Of a stretch of DNA of 64,000 nucleotides, positions 1 to 10,846 are shown piece by piece; the first letter of the stretch is position 1; every line of letters begins with the position of its first letter. The notes under the pieces were generated by a model. The model was not told where the DNA came from and did not search any database. It saw nothing but the letters and a program-made list of their open reading frames with translations. Source of the DNA: Mobula birostris (Eukaryota); assembly GCF_030028105.1 (NCBI RefSeq), contig NC_092379.1, positions 18,432,742 to 18,496,741 of the forward strand, given 5' to 3'. The translations under genes were made by a program, and so were the position numbers.

Positions 1-1048
1 GGTATTGTGGATCTGTGTTTATGGATTGGACTGTTGTGTTTATGGACTGTGGACATTTTCAGACCTATCATTTTATATTCTGTGTTTTTTTTTTCGCCCG
101 TTCCTTTTCGGTTTTGTTGTGTGAGGTGAGGGTGTTTGGGGGTTGGTGTTCTGTTAGTTTTTTGTGTGGACGAGGGGTTGCCTTTTGGGGTTTGCTGTTT
201 CTGTTCCATTTTGTGTGGGGGAGGGTGTTTTTGGGGGGGTTTGATGATCGGGTGTTGTTCTTATTTATATGGGGGGTGGGTTTGCTGTTTCTCTGTGAAC
301 GATTTTCATATACTTTCTTTGTTTTCGTGGCTACCTGGAGAATCAAATTTCAGAGTCGTATATGGATATAGTATATTGATAATAAAAGAACCTTTGAATC
401 TTTGATCTAGTGAATAGTGTCAGCACTGAACACATGCTGCAGGTCACAGGGCATCACTGTCTACATATTGTCCCTTCTTTCTGTAACTCTCCACTTTCTG
501 AATGAGTTCACTAATTGTCTTCACAAAGTTGATGAAATACCTTTCCCTGTCAATTAACCTTAGAAACTGTGGACCAATCCGGAATGTTCTATCATTTGCA
601 CAGTGGAAACTATAGTACACATTGACCAAAATCTACTTGAATGTCTGTCTGTCTGTCTATACAATGAAGCACAGAACCAACCAGGCAACACTTCCAGCCC
701 CTCAGGTTTAAGTCACACAAATGTATCCCAAAACATACCGGCACGGAACACTGGCAGCCGAATGCTTTCCATACCTTCTTTATTGAACTTTGATTACACA
801 AACACAGGCTGACATTCAACCTGTCAAGTAGTCTACACAAGTTTCCAACACCATCAGACCTGACACAAGGAAGTTTTAACAAGAACTGCAGGATCTCAGA
901 AATGTTAGTAATTTATTTTGATGCATTTAATCATGAAATATATATTTCCATTTTGAGCTAATGAGAAGGACTTGCAGGTAATCTTGCTTGTTTCAGTGAG
1001 GTAAACCACACTGTTGTAGGATCAACAATCAATTGAAGGTTGACAATT

Positions 1049-1189
1049 GGTGTTGTTGGCCACTCTGTCCATGGGAATCTCTGCTGCAGAGAACCCAGTG
1101 ACCCAACTTCTTTCCTTCTCATCTGGTGGGGAAGGGTAACTTCAGAGGGTTCCTATTGGGAATGGATTTTTTAATCATTTGTTGTTCAC
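1049..1189 (-). pseudogene. Decayed CH6-like exon remnant
   Basis: 1102-1049 encodes VTGFSAAEIPMDRVANNT versus CH6 VTKFSPAESYVAWMANDT (37/54 nt identical by hand alignment). It is preceded by PSPPDE and a ttccAG|gt acceptor at 1189. Confidence 0.55.
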
Positions 1190-2126
1190 CTGGAATATTC
1201 TGCTCTTACTCCATCCAAGCCAATGTTTATACCACTAGCGATCTCACCGCATCTAAAATGTTAAGGCTTTTTACTTTTGGAAATGAAAGATAAATTGTGG
1301 AAAGTGTTCAGTGGGTTAGAAAACACTTGTGAACAGAGAAAGGGATAACATTGAGGTAGCATCACAAGTGTACTCTGTACCATTGCTTCAGCACTAGTTC
1401 TGTGCCTGGCTGAGTACTGTGCATCTCTCTGGTTGACTGGAACTCAACAACTGTCTGATGTCCAGTTACATTCCACAATGCCTGCTCCAGTGGAACTCAG
1501 TTCCTCCAGTTCTGCTGACAGATAGACTTGCTTCATGTCTCTGAGACGTTGGTGTGGAAACATTGACCCTGCAGTCATTATTTCATCATTCCCTCACTGA
1601 CAAGGCCGGCATTCCTTGCTGTGCTCCAGCAGGTCCGTCACAGAGCAGTGAAGAGTTTGGTGTGGGACTGATGGATACGGGTAAACAGGGTAGGAAGGCC
1701 AGTGTCCTTCACCAAAGAACATCAGAGAAATAGTTTGTAATCTAAAACTAGAATCCGGCACAGTCACCTCCGGTTATGTGTTCACGCCATTGTCCTGAGG
1801 CTTGGGAACAGACTGTAGGTCAATGATCCTCGTGCTAGTACTGAGGGAGTGCTGCACTCTTGCACATCTGTCTGAGATGTGACAGAGGGGTCCAGATGGG
1901 TATTTACTGTTGGACAGACAGACCTTGTGTTGGTAGTTTAGAAGAGAGTTAAGTTTTGAAAGCATCGGATGAACTCTGCTTCTTTCCCACTCTCTGCCTC
2001 TGCATTATTAATCCACTCACACAACTACAACAATGCCAGACTTGCCGTTACCTATTGACCTGGGTTGTCCCTGGGTTGTGGCTGTGGCAGAGGATGTCAA
2101 CAGTGGAGTGAATCTCAGAATCATAC

Positions 2127-2444
2127 CTTGAATGTTTTTCACATCCTGCCTGACACTGGTGTTGGAGGGGGGATGAGACACTGTGCATCTGAAAACTGAG
2201 CCTTCCTTCCACTCCTCTGTGCTCACAGTCAGGACGTAGCTGGCAATGAAAGTCCCTGCCTGTTCCAGAGCAGTTGGTCTCACACTGATGTTGGAGGAGA
2301 TCAGAGAGTCCCCTTTCCCCCAGGTGATGGTTATTTGGTCCGGGTAGAATCCAGAGGCAACACACTCGAGGGTGACCGTGTTCCCACTCTTGGTCTCTCC
2401 CTCTGGCGGTGGCAGCAGTCTGACTTTGGGACTTGTTATCTCCA
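2127..2444 (-). CDS. IgW: Diverged CH4-type exon downstream of the terminal secretory exon
   Basis: ttccAG|tg gag ... EITSPKVRLLPPPEGE...LECVASGFYPDQITITW...PTALEQ...FRCTVSHPPSNTSVRQDVKNIQ g|GTATGA; 318 nt, open. Confidence 0.88.
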
Positions 2445-2533
2445 CTGGAACAGATAGGCAAACAATGGAAATATCACACATTTTTACTGAGGTAACCAAC
2501 GTTGTCCATTTTGATCGCTGACATCTTGCCCAC

Positions 2534-2836
2534 CTTTGGTACTTTTTGTCCGTGCTGATACTGGTGAGGTTGCAGAAGGTTGTTGGGCAGAGCAAGTGTA
2601 CTCCACCCCACTGGTCCACTCCTCCACACTGGTCTGGAGTTGGCTGATCACTGTGTCTTGGGTTCCTTCCCCTCTTGCTTTTTTGGTCGCATTTGCTTTG
2701 ACTTTCTCCCTCTCGTTCACCTGCCAGTGGATTTGGACCTGGCTCAGATCAGCACCCACAATCATACACACCAGAGTAGCAGTCTGGTTGATCCACATCT
2801 CTTCAATGGAGGGATTTTGGATAAAGACAGACAACT
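2534..2836 (-). CDS. IgW: Diverged CH3-type exon downstream of the terminal secretory exon
   Basis: ctacAG|ag ttg ... LSVFIQNPSIEEMWINQTATLVC...W...EEWTSGVEYTCSAQQP...STK g|GTGGGC; 303 nt, open. Confidence 0.88.
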
Positions 2837-3749
2837 CTGTAGATTAGAAATAGAAAATTTACAAACTGGACAATATCTGCTGTCAGCTGGCTGAATGACA
2901 ACTTCAGCTCAGATTTATCCCAAAGCTCAATTTGTACATAATTGTACAACGGAATGAAATCAGGTTTGTTTACAGAGTGGGTTGCTCATCTCTGCTTCCA
3001 ACCTTTGACTGAGAAAACAAAATTAAACATCAAGGAGCTTATTTCCTTGGGACCCTTTCGGGTCACAGCATGAACTGTGGGACAGTTGCCTAGCTACGTG
3101 ACATTTAGCTGCTGGAATGCCAATAAAATGTGCTATCAGAGCTGTGAATTGGAATGAGAAATTCAGTTTCTGACCAAAGACAACATTTCCTGAAATCTTC
3201 CTGTCTCAGGAAGGAAATTTGTGGGAAGACACACCAGTCTTCATTGAGGGATTAGCAGTGGAAAGGCTGAGCAGTTTCCAGTTCCTGGGTGTTAATATCT
3301 CTGAAGATCTATCCTGAGTCAACATATTGATGCAATAACAAAGAAGACATGACAGTGGCTGCATTTCATTTGGAGTTTGAGTACGTTGGTATGTCGGTAA
3401 AGACTCTCTCAGATCTCTACAGGTGTACCGTGGAGAACATTCTAACTGTTTCACAATCGGAAAAAGCTGCAGGAGGTTGTAAACTCAGCCAGCTCCATCA
3501 TGGGCACCAACCACCCCAGGGTTGATGACACCTTCAACAGGCGATGCCCCAAGAAGGCGGTGTGGTGTATTTGCAACCTATCTTAGTATTAATTAGACAG
3601 TGCATATATCACGACTCGATGCTTTATGCTCTGAGTGTGTCTTTATTTCTCATTCTCGCTTCCATGTTCCCTCAATCATGTGATGTTCTGTCCCAGAGTG
3701 ATGACATCACTGAACTTGACAAGTGTCAAAACTACATTAACTGACCTTA

Positions 3750-4720
3750 CCATTTCAATACATGACATTGCTGCTTTCCTGAGAAATGAACTGCAGTGTT
3801 TTAGAACACATTCAACTCACAGATTTAATCATTTCAATTCAACGGTACTCTCTGAAATGCATGACTATAACCAACACATTTTCTGTTTCAACTTAATAAC
3901 TCTGGAACTGAAAACTTCATTTTCAACTTACAACAGTCTACGTTGTTTCAAACCCACAACTTAAGCTCTACTTCAATACAATAATGTGAAACTTCAGAGG
4001 TTGTTTCCTAACCCTTTGAGGTCTCTCTACCAGTCTCTCTTTGCTTTCAACGTCTGGTAATGGCTTTTGCTCACAGTGAAGCTGGTCTTATCCATAACTG
4101 TCCATCATATTGTTCTCCTGTCCCAGTATCTCATTGTGAAATCCTTGAATTTCCTCCTGTTTGCCAAAAGTCCTTCTTGTGTTGAACTTTTTCCATGTGT
4201 GGTGTTCCTTGCATACTGCACTCCAGTTGGAGATTCAACTATCACTTGATTTCTTGTTTTCCTTACCACCCTGTGTGTTGTGTTGAAAGGTGTGGCGAAT
4301 TTGTCCATTTTTTCTTGCTGGATAAGCGCAGTGTCTCCAACTTTCACAGTAGACTTTTCAGCTTCCTGTGGCCGTCTGCAAACAGCTTGCAATTTCCTTT
4401 TTGTTCTGCATCCTGATCCCGTACTTCCAGTTCTGTTGTGTGTACCTCCTTGATGTCTGGTAACTTCCCCCTCATTTTGTGGTTGTAGAGAAGTTCAGCA
4501 GGACTTTTCCCTGTGGTAGCATGTTCCACACATCTGTACACAGTCACATACTTTCTCAGTTCACGTTTCCAATCAAGTCCTTCTGCTCAAGCAGTCCTCA
4601 TCCTTTCCATCAGTGATGCATTTTGGTATTCCACTTCACCATTTGCCTGAGCCCACTTTGGGCATTGTTCTCAGTCGTTTTTCCTGTAATGTTCAGATCT
4701 GAATTGAGGTCCATTGCCTG
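3750..4720 (-). mobile_element. Gypsy-type LTR retrotransposon integrase C-terminal remnant
   Basis: TVYRCVEHATTGKSPAELLYNHKMRGKLPDI and NQVIVESPTGVQYARNTTH fragments with stops and frameshifts. Confidence 0.75.
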
Positions 4721-4899
4721 ATTTGATGGATATGGGCAGGCCATGTCAACTGAAAATATTCTCCAGACTGTCAATAACTCCAAGTAATGTAGACACAGTC
4801 TGTCTGGTCTTGGTCACTGTCAGACAGTCATTGAGTCATAGAAAGCAGGCACATCTAGTCACTGCCAAGCCATTTAAACTGCCAGGTCCCATTGACTTG

Positions 4900-6620
4900 C
4901 ACCTGGACCATAGCCCTCCATATCCCTCCCATCCATGTACCTATCCAAACTTCTCTTAAAAGTTGAAATTGAGCTTGCATGCACCACTTGCTCTGGCAGC
5001 TCATTCCACACTCTCACAAACCTCTGTGAAGAAGTTTCCCCTCATGTTCCTTTTAAACATTTCATCTTTCATCCTTAACACATGATCTCTAGTTGTGGAC
5101 TCAGCCAACCTCAGCGGAAAAAGCCTACTTGCATTTATCCTGTCTATACCCCTGATAATTTTGTATATCGCTATCAAATCTTGCCCCAATCTTCTATGCT
5201 CCAAGGAATAAAGTCTTTACCTATGCAATCTTTCCTTATAACTCAAGTTCTTCAGTCCTGGTAGCATACTTTTAAACTTTCTCTGTACTCTTTCAACCTT
5301 ATTTACATCTTTCCAGTCGGTAAATGACCAAAACTGCACATAATACTCCAAATTATGCCTCACCAATGTCTTGTACAACTTAAACATAACATCCATCTCC
5401 CAAGTAAATACAGATGCAAAGAAATCCATTTAAGATTTCCCCATCCCTTTTGTCTCCATGCATAGATTACCATTCTGATCTTCGAGAGAACCAATTTTGT
5501 CCTTTGCAACCATTATGCTCTTAACGTATCTGTAGAATCCCTTAGGATTCTCCCTCATTTTGTCTGCTCGGGCAACCACGTCCATTCTTTTAGCCCTTCT
5601 TATTTCTTTTTAGGTATTTTCTTGCATTTTTTACACTCCATAAGTACCTCATTTGTTCATACCTGCCTATACCTGCTGTGCACTTCCTTCTTCTTCTTAA
5701 TCAGGGCTTCACTATCTCTTGAAGACCAAGACTCCCTAAATCTGTCATCATTGCTTTTTATTCTGACAGGCACATACAAGCAATGTGCTCTCAAAATTTC
5801 ACTTTTGAAGGCTTCTCACTTACCAAGTACACCATTGCCAGAAAACAGCCTGTCCCAATTCACGCTTACCAGATCCTTTCTGATACCATCAAAATTGGCC
5901 TTTCTCCAAATTAGAATCTGAACCTGGGAACCAGATCTATCTTTTTCCCTATTTATTTTGGAACTAATGGCATTATGATCAGTAGATGCAAAGTGTTCCT
6001 GTATACAATCTTCTGTCACCTGCCCTGTCTCATTCCTGAATAAGAAATCAAGTATTGCACACACACTGTTGGAATTTCTATGTACTGATTAATGAAACTT
6101 TCTTGAATACGTTTGATAGACTCCATCCCTTTTGTAGTCTGGATGTCCAAGTCAATATGTGGAAAGTTGAAATCACCTACTATCACCACCTTATGTTTCT
6201 TGCAAAAGTCTGTGATCTCCCGACAAATTTATACCTCTGAATCCTGCAGACTGTTGGGTGGTCTATAATATAGCCCCATTAATGTGGTCATACCTTTCTT
6301 ATTCCTCATTTCCACCAATAAAGCCTCACTAGGGGAGTTTTCCAGTCTCTCCTGACTGAACACTGCCGTGACGATTTCTCTGAATGGTTACACCATCCCT
6401 CCCCTCTTTAATCCCTCCTGCACTGACGTGTCTAAAACAATGGAACCCTGAAACATTGAGATGCCAGTCCTGCCTCTCCTGCAACCAAGTCTCACTAATG
6501 ACTACAATATCATAATTCCATGCGTTGATCCATGACATGAGCTCATTTGGCTTTCCTACAATACTTCTTGCATTGAAATATACGCAGCTCAAAACATTAC
6601 TCACACCATGCTCAACTTTT
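4900..6620 (-). mobile_element. Degenerate CR1-type LINE (endonuclease and RT-tail fragments)
   Basis: CVYFNARSIVGK..EL...YDIVVISETWL; WRKANFDGIRKDL; LYKTLVRHNLEYYVQFWS; LYKIIRGIDR. Confidence 0.85.
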
Positions 6621-7480
6621 TAATTCCTACCATCTGATTCCACAACCTCTCCACTATCTGTCCTAACACTCTGGTTCTCATCCCCTGCAACTCTAGTTTA
6701 ACCGGCCCCCACCCCCGCCATGCAGCATTAGCAAACCTGTCCGTGAGGATATTAGTCCCCTTCTGTACAGATGCAAACAGTCTGCCCTGACAAACAGATG
6801 TTTAACTGCATCATTGCAACAGAACAGTTCCCAACAATGATATGTTTTGTTTAGTTAGTGACACACAGGCACCAGATGAGGAGCAGCAGTGTTAGTGGGG
6901 ACAAGGAGCCCTCAAACAGTGATCCGACATCTTTGACACAAAGATATTGTCTGGTCAGTGGTTTCAACTCTCAACTCCTTGTCAGATAGCCGTAGGTTCT
7001 AATTTCTCTGACCATTAGTTGACAGCTCATCATTGGAACACCTGAAGTGGGAAGGGTTTAGATACCAGAGATACAAAGATTACTATTTCTCCCTGAGTGT
7101 GCGTCGTATGCTACGCTTCATGTTGAAAGTTCCTTATTTCCCGTCACCAAACGTCACAACGAAGACATATTCATGTCATATTTATTGAACTTGGATTGGT
7201 ACATTGACACATACAAAGATTTAATACATTGTGCAGTCCCACACAGGGTTGAAATCCATTCAAATGTGGCACAGGAAGGTCTGAGAATGTACACACAAAC
7301 TCAGAGATTTGTGCTGAATCATGTTTGTTGTTTAATTTGGTTCTTGACCTTAATTTCATTTTTAATTATTTTAAAAAGCCTAGGCTTTTATCATGTTTTA
7401 ATCAGTTAAATAATCCTCTCTGATAATTAACAATCATAAGACTAACAAAACTAGGGTTTCATGGATTGAATCACACAGTA

Positions 7481-7866
7481 TTACACACAAGATTTAAAAC
7501 TATCAGTCAGAACGAGTGAGACATTGACCAGGGTGGGTTTGCTGTGAGATTTATTGATGCTTCGGAACAGGTTGGTTGGGAGCGACTCATGACCCACCAC
7601 ACAGGAAAAAGTGGTGCCGCTATTCCACTCCTCAGGAGAAACCTTCAGCTGACTGGTCATTGTGTTCCAGCCTTTTCTGGGGTCCTTGGTCACTGGCTGG
7701 TTCACAAACCCCGTCTTCAGAAGGGTGTCATTGGCCATCCAGGCCACATAGCTCTCTGCGGGAGAGAACTTGGTGACCAGACACATCAAGGTCACAGTCT
7801 GATCGATGTCTACCTCATCCGATGAAGGAGGGAGGAGGTAGACCTGAGGACGAGTCACAACACCAC
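7481..7866 (-). CDS. IgW: IgW CH6-type exon with terminal secretory tailpiece
   Basis: ttccAG|gt ggt ... TRPQVYLLPPSSDE...LMCLVTKFSPAE...WMANDT...FSCVVGHESLP...SINKSHSKPTLVNVSLVLTDSFKSCV*. Classical NVS + penultimate-Cys tailpiece; candidate ATTAAA at 7402-7397. Confidence 0.93.
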
Positions 7867-8518
7867 CTGGAACAGAGAGAATCTCAGTTAGAATGAATCT
7901 TCCAATAATTCCCTACTTACCCAGCACATTGTGGTCTTGTACCAATATGAACAATTTCTAAATCTGAGAGGCTTCACTTGATCTGAAACTAAAGGCTTTT
8001 CCCTTTCTGCTCATTGTTGGGAGTTGTGGAGTGGAAATCTTGGACCTGCTGCATTTTACAACTCCCAGCGAGGCTGGTCTATTCAGTTTAATCAGTGGGA
8101 GTCACTGAACACAGCAACTCAACAGAAAGTGGAACTCAGCCCCTGGACTTGCATCATCCTGTGCTGTTTGTTCCATCTCACCTGGAGCAGGGGTGGCAGT
8201 CTAAGCTGTGTACGTGTGAGAGGGAGTGAGAACCTGTGGAACTCTCTCCCACAGAAAGCACTTGAAGAATTATCATCTAACATATTCAAGAATGGGTTGT
8301 ATATACTTCTTCGGGTGAATGGGTCAAAGGATATCTGGGGAAAACAGGAACAAAGATTGAATTTCGATGATCAGCCGAGACCAGATTGAATGGTTGAGCA
8401 GATCGAGAGACCCAATGGCCTGCTCCTGTTCTCATTTTCTATAGTCTATCACAGTGCTGGATTTTGATAAATCTGTCAAATTGCTATCAGACTCACACTG
8501 AATTCTGTCCACACGTAC

Positions 8519-8839
8519 CTGTGTTCTTCCTGATTGATTTCTTCACCGGTGTTGGCAAACCCTTGTCCTCTATCACACATGAGTACTCAGCCCCACTGTT
8601 CCACTCTGCAGCAGGAACTGTCAGTCTGCTGGTGATCACATCTTCACCTCCGTTGCCGTCTGGACCCAGAGTCCTCACCCCATCTTCCCTCTTCCTTCCG
8701 TCCACTTGCCAGGTTACACTGAATCCCTGTAAATCACTGTGAACCACCTCACACACAATGGTCGCTGTCCTCTTTGTCCAGATCTCTTCGAAGGGAGGTT
8801 TACTTAAAGTGACTGAGGGGCGGGTATCTGAACAGTCAT
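8519..8839 (-). CDS. IgW: IgW CH5-type exon (IgNAR C4-like)
   Basis: cccAG|at gac ... DCSDTRPSVTLSKPPFEEIWTKRTATIVCEVVHSDL...EWNSGAEYSCVIEDKGLPTPVKKSIRKNT g|GTACGT; 321 nt, open. Confidence 0.92.
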
Positions 8840-9714
8840 CTGGGAGAAACATCACAATTATTATTTCAAAATTCCCCAATGGATGAGTTTGTCACTGACA
8901 AGACCAGCATTTCCTGTTCATCTCTGGTCAATGATTTGCCAGTCCCATCAAGATGAGATGAGACCAATCTACATTGGTGAAGAAAGGAATCTCCCTTATT
9001 GAGCAGACAGGGTAAACACCCTGAGGGAACGTGAATGAACAAGATCGACCCTTAGATTGTTTTTGTAGTTCCATGGTCACTTAAACTGTTACCAGCAACT
9101 TATTAAAACAAATACAGAAAATACGCAGTATTTCAGAGAGTGTCTGTGGAACAGGAAACAGAGCAAAGTTTTCCATAAAAATATTGCAGAAAATACACTT
9201 CATATTTCAAAATTTAAGTATGAGAAATATTTAGTTTCAGTCACAAATATTGAAAAGCACTCTTTTTCTCTATTAGGTGTACCAAAAATTTGCTGCTGCT
9301 TTGTCAGAATGTTGTGTATTTAAGCCGCCCTCCAGAGGCTTCTACACATTGTCCAGGCTAACAATTCCCACACAGGAGCAGAGGGAGAGCTGCTCTGCTG
9401 GAAATTCAGTCACAGCAGTGGCACGAATCAGAGGCTGGGATTATGTTCAAAGGCAGAGGGAGAGAACATTTTGAAGACAAGTATCAGGGATCTCTAGAGT
9501 ACCTGTCCAATGAAATGACCTGGATTCCCCTCAAGTTATTAAAACATTTTCTTAATACAATTATTTCTGTGGTGAAGTTCTGAACGATGTTGGTTGAGAG
9601 CAGAAAACAACCAATAATTGTCTGATTTCAGTGGGAAGCAAGATTAAAAAGATGAAGACGTTGAGGCTCAGGCAATGGAAGTTCCTGTATCCTGCTCACT
9701 ACTCTATGTGCCTT

Positions 9715-10025
9715 CACTCGCCTCGGCGCTGAACTGACTCTGCAGCTGCGGCCTGCAGCCATCGGCACTCACCTCAGCACTGAACCTGGCTCCACGGCTC
9801 CATGGTCTCCTGGACCAGTTGTAGTGCTGAACTGGCAACGTGGCTGTGGATTTGTTTGAATTTTTTTATTGTTTACACAATTTGTTCTTTCCTTTTCACA
9901 CATTGGATGTTTGACTCTGTATTCTATTGTGTTTCTTTGTTTTGTGGCTGCCTGCAAGAGGAGAATCTCAAGGTTGTATATGGTGCACATACTTTGATAA
10001 TAAATGTACTCTGTACTTTGAACTT
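9715..10025 (+). mobile_element. Retroposon 3' fragment duplicated with the CH3-CH4 units (paralogs at ~15301-15665 and ~19648-20010; related 3' end at ~1-410)
   Basis: Shared ...gtggctgcctgcaagaagagaatctcaaggttgtatatggtgcacatactttgataataaatgtact... at the same position downstream of each CH4a/b/c. Confidence 0.7.
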
Positions 10026-10137
10026 TATCAGTTCACTGACATAACTAAACCAGGGCTGCACCACGATTCAGTGCTGACCTTGAATTAATAGCACAATGTA
10101 AACAATTTCAATAATGGGGTGGGTCCCAGGAACCTAC

Positions 10138-10455
10138 CTTGGACATTCTTCACTTGCTTCTTGATATGGGTGTTGGAGGGGGGATGAATCACTGTACAGC
10201 TGAAGACTGATTCTGACTTCCACTCCTGTAAACTCACGGTCAGGAAGTGTCTGGCACTGAAAGTCCACCCCTGCTCCAGAGCCGTCGGTGTAGTGCTGGT
10301 GTTGGAGGTGATCACGGTGCTGTCTTTCTCCCAAGTGACAGTTATTTCATCCGGGTAGAATCCAGAGACCACACACTCCAGTGTGGCCGTTTTCCAATTC
10401 TTTGTCTCTTCCTGAGGTGGAGGCAGCAGTCTGACTTTGGGAATTTTTATCTCAA
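10138..10455 (-). CDS. IgW: IgW CH4-type exon, copy c
   Basis: EIKIPKVRLLPPPQEETKNWKTATLECVVSGFYP...FSCTVIHPPSNTHIKKQVKNVQ g|GTAGGT; 318 nt, open. Confidence 0.92.
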
Positions 10456-10543
10456 CTGGAATAGACAAGTAAACAAAGGAAATGTGAACCATGTTGACTC
10501 AGGTAACTAATGCTGGCAATTTAATCACTGGTCTCTTGCCCAC

Positions 10544-10846
10544 CTTTGGTACTATTGGTCCGTGCTGACACTCGGGAAGATGAAGGAGATTCCTGAGCAG
10601 AGCACTCGTACTCCACCCCACTGAACCACTCCTCCACACTGATCTGGAGTTCGCTGAGCACTCTGTATCGGGACCCGTCCATCTCCACTGGGTGGGTGTG
10701 AATTCCTTTAGTTTTCTCCTTCCCGCCCACGTGCCAAGAGATGTGGATATCTTCGGGATCTGTACAGATAACTGTGCACTTCACGGTAGCAGTCTCGTCG
10801 ATCCACATCTCTTCAATGTCGGGATTTTGAATAAATACAGACAATT
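10544..10846 (-). CDS. IgW: IgW CH3-type exon, copy c
   Basis: LSVFIQNPDIEEMWIDETATVKC...GIHTHPVEMDGSRYRV...STK g|GTGGGC; 303 nt, open. Confidence 0.92.

Noticed and set aside
1-2100. Search for IgW transmembrane exons
   Set aside because: No hydrophobic ..WTT..F..LF..S..Y...VT..KVK-type exon was found. ORFs 15-405 are low-complexity repeat sequence, and ORF 444-629 has no recognisable motif or supporting splice sites.
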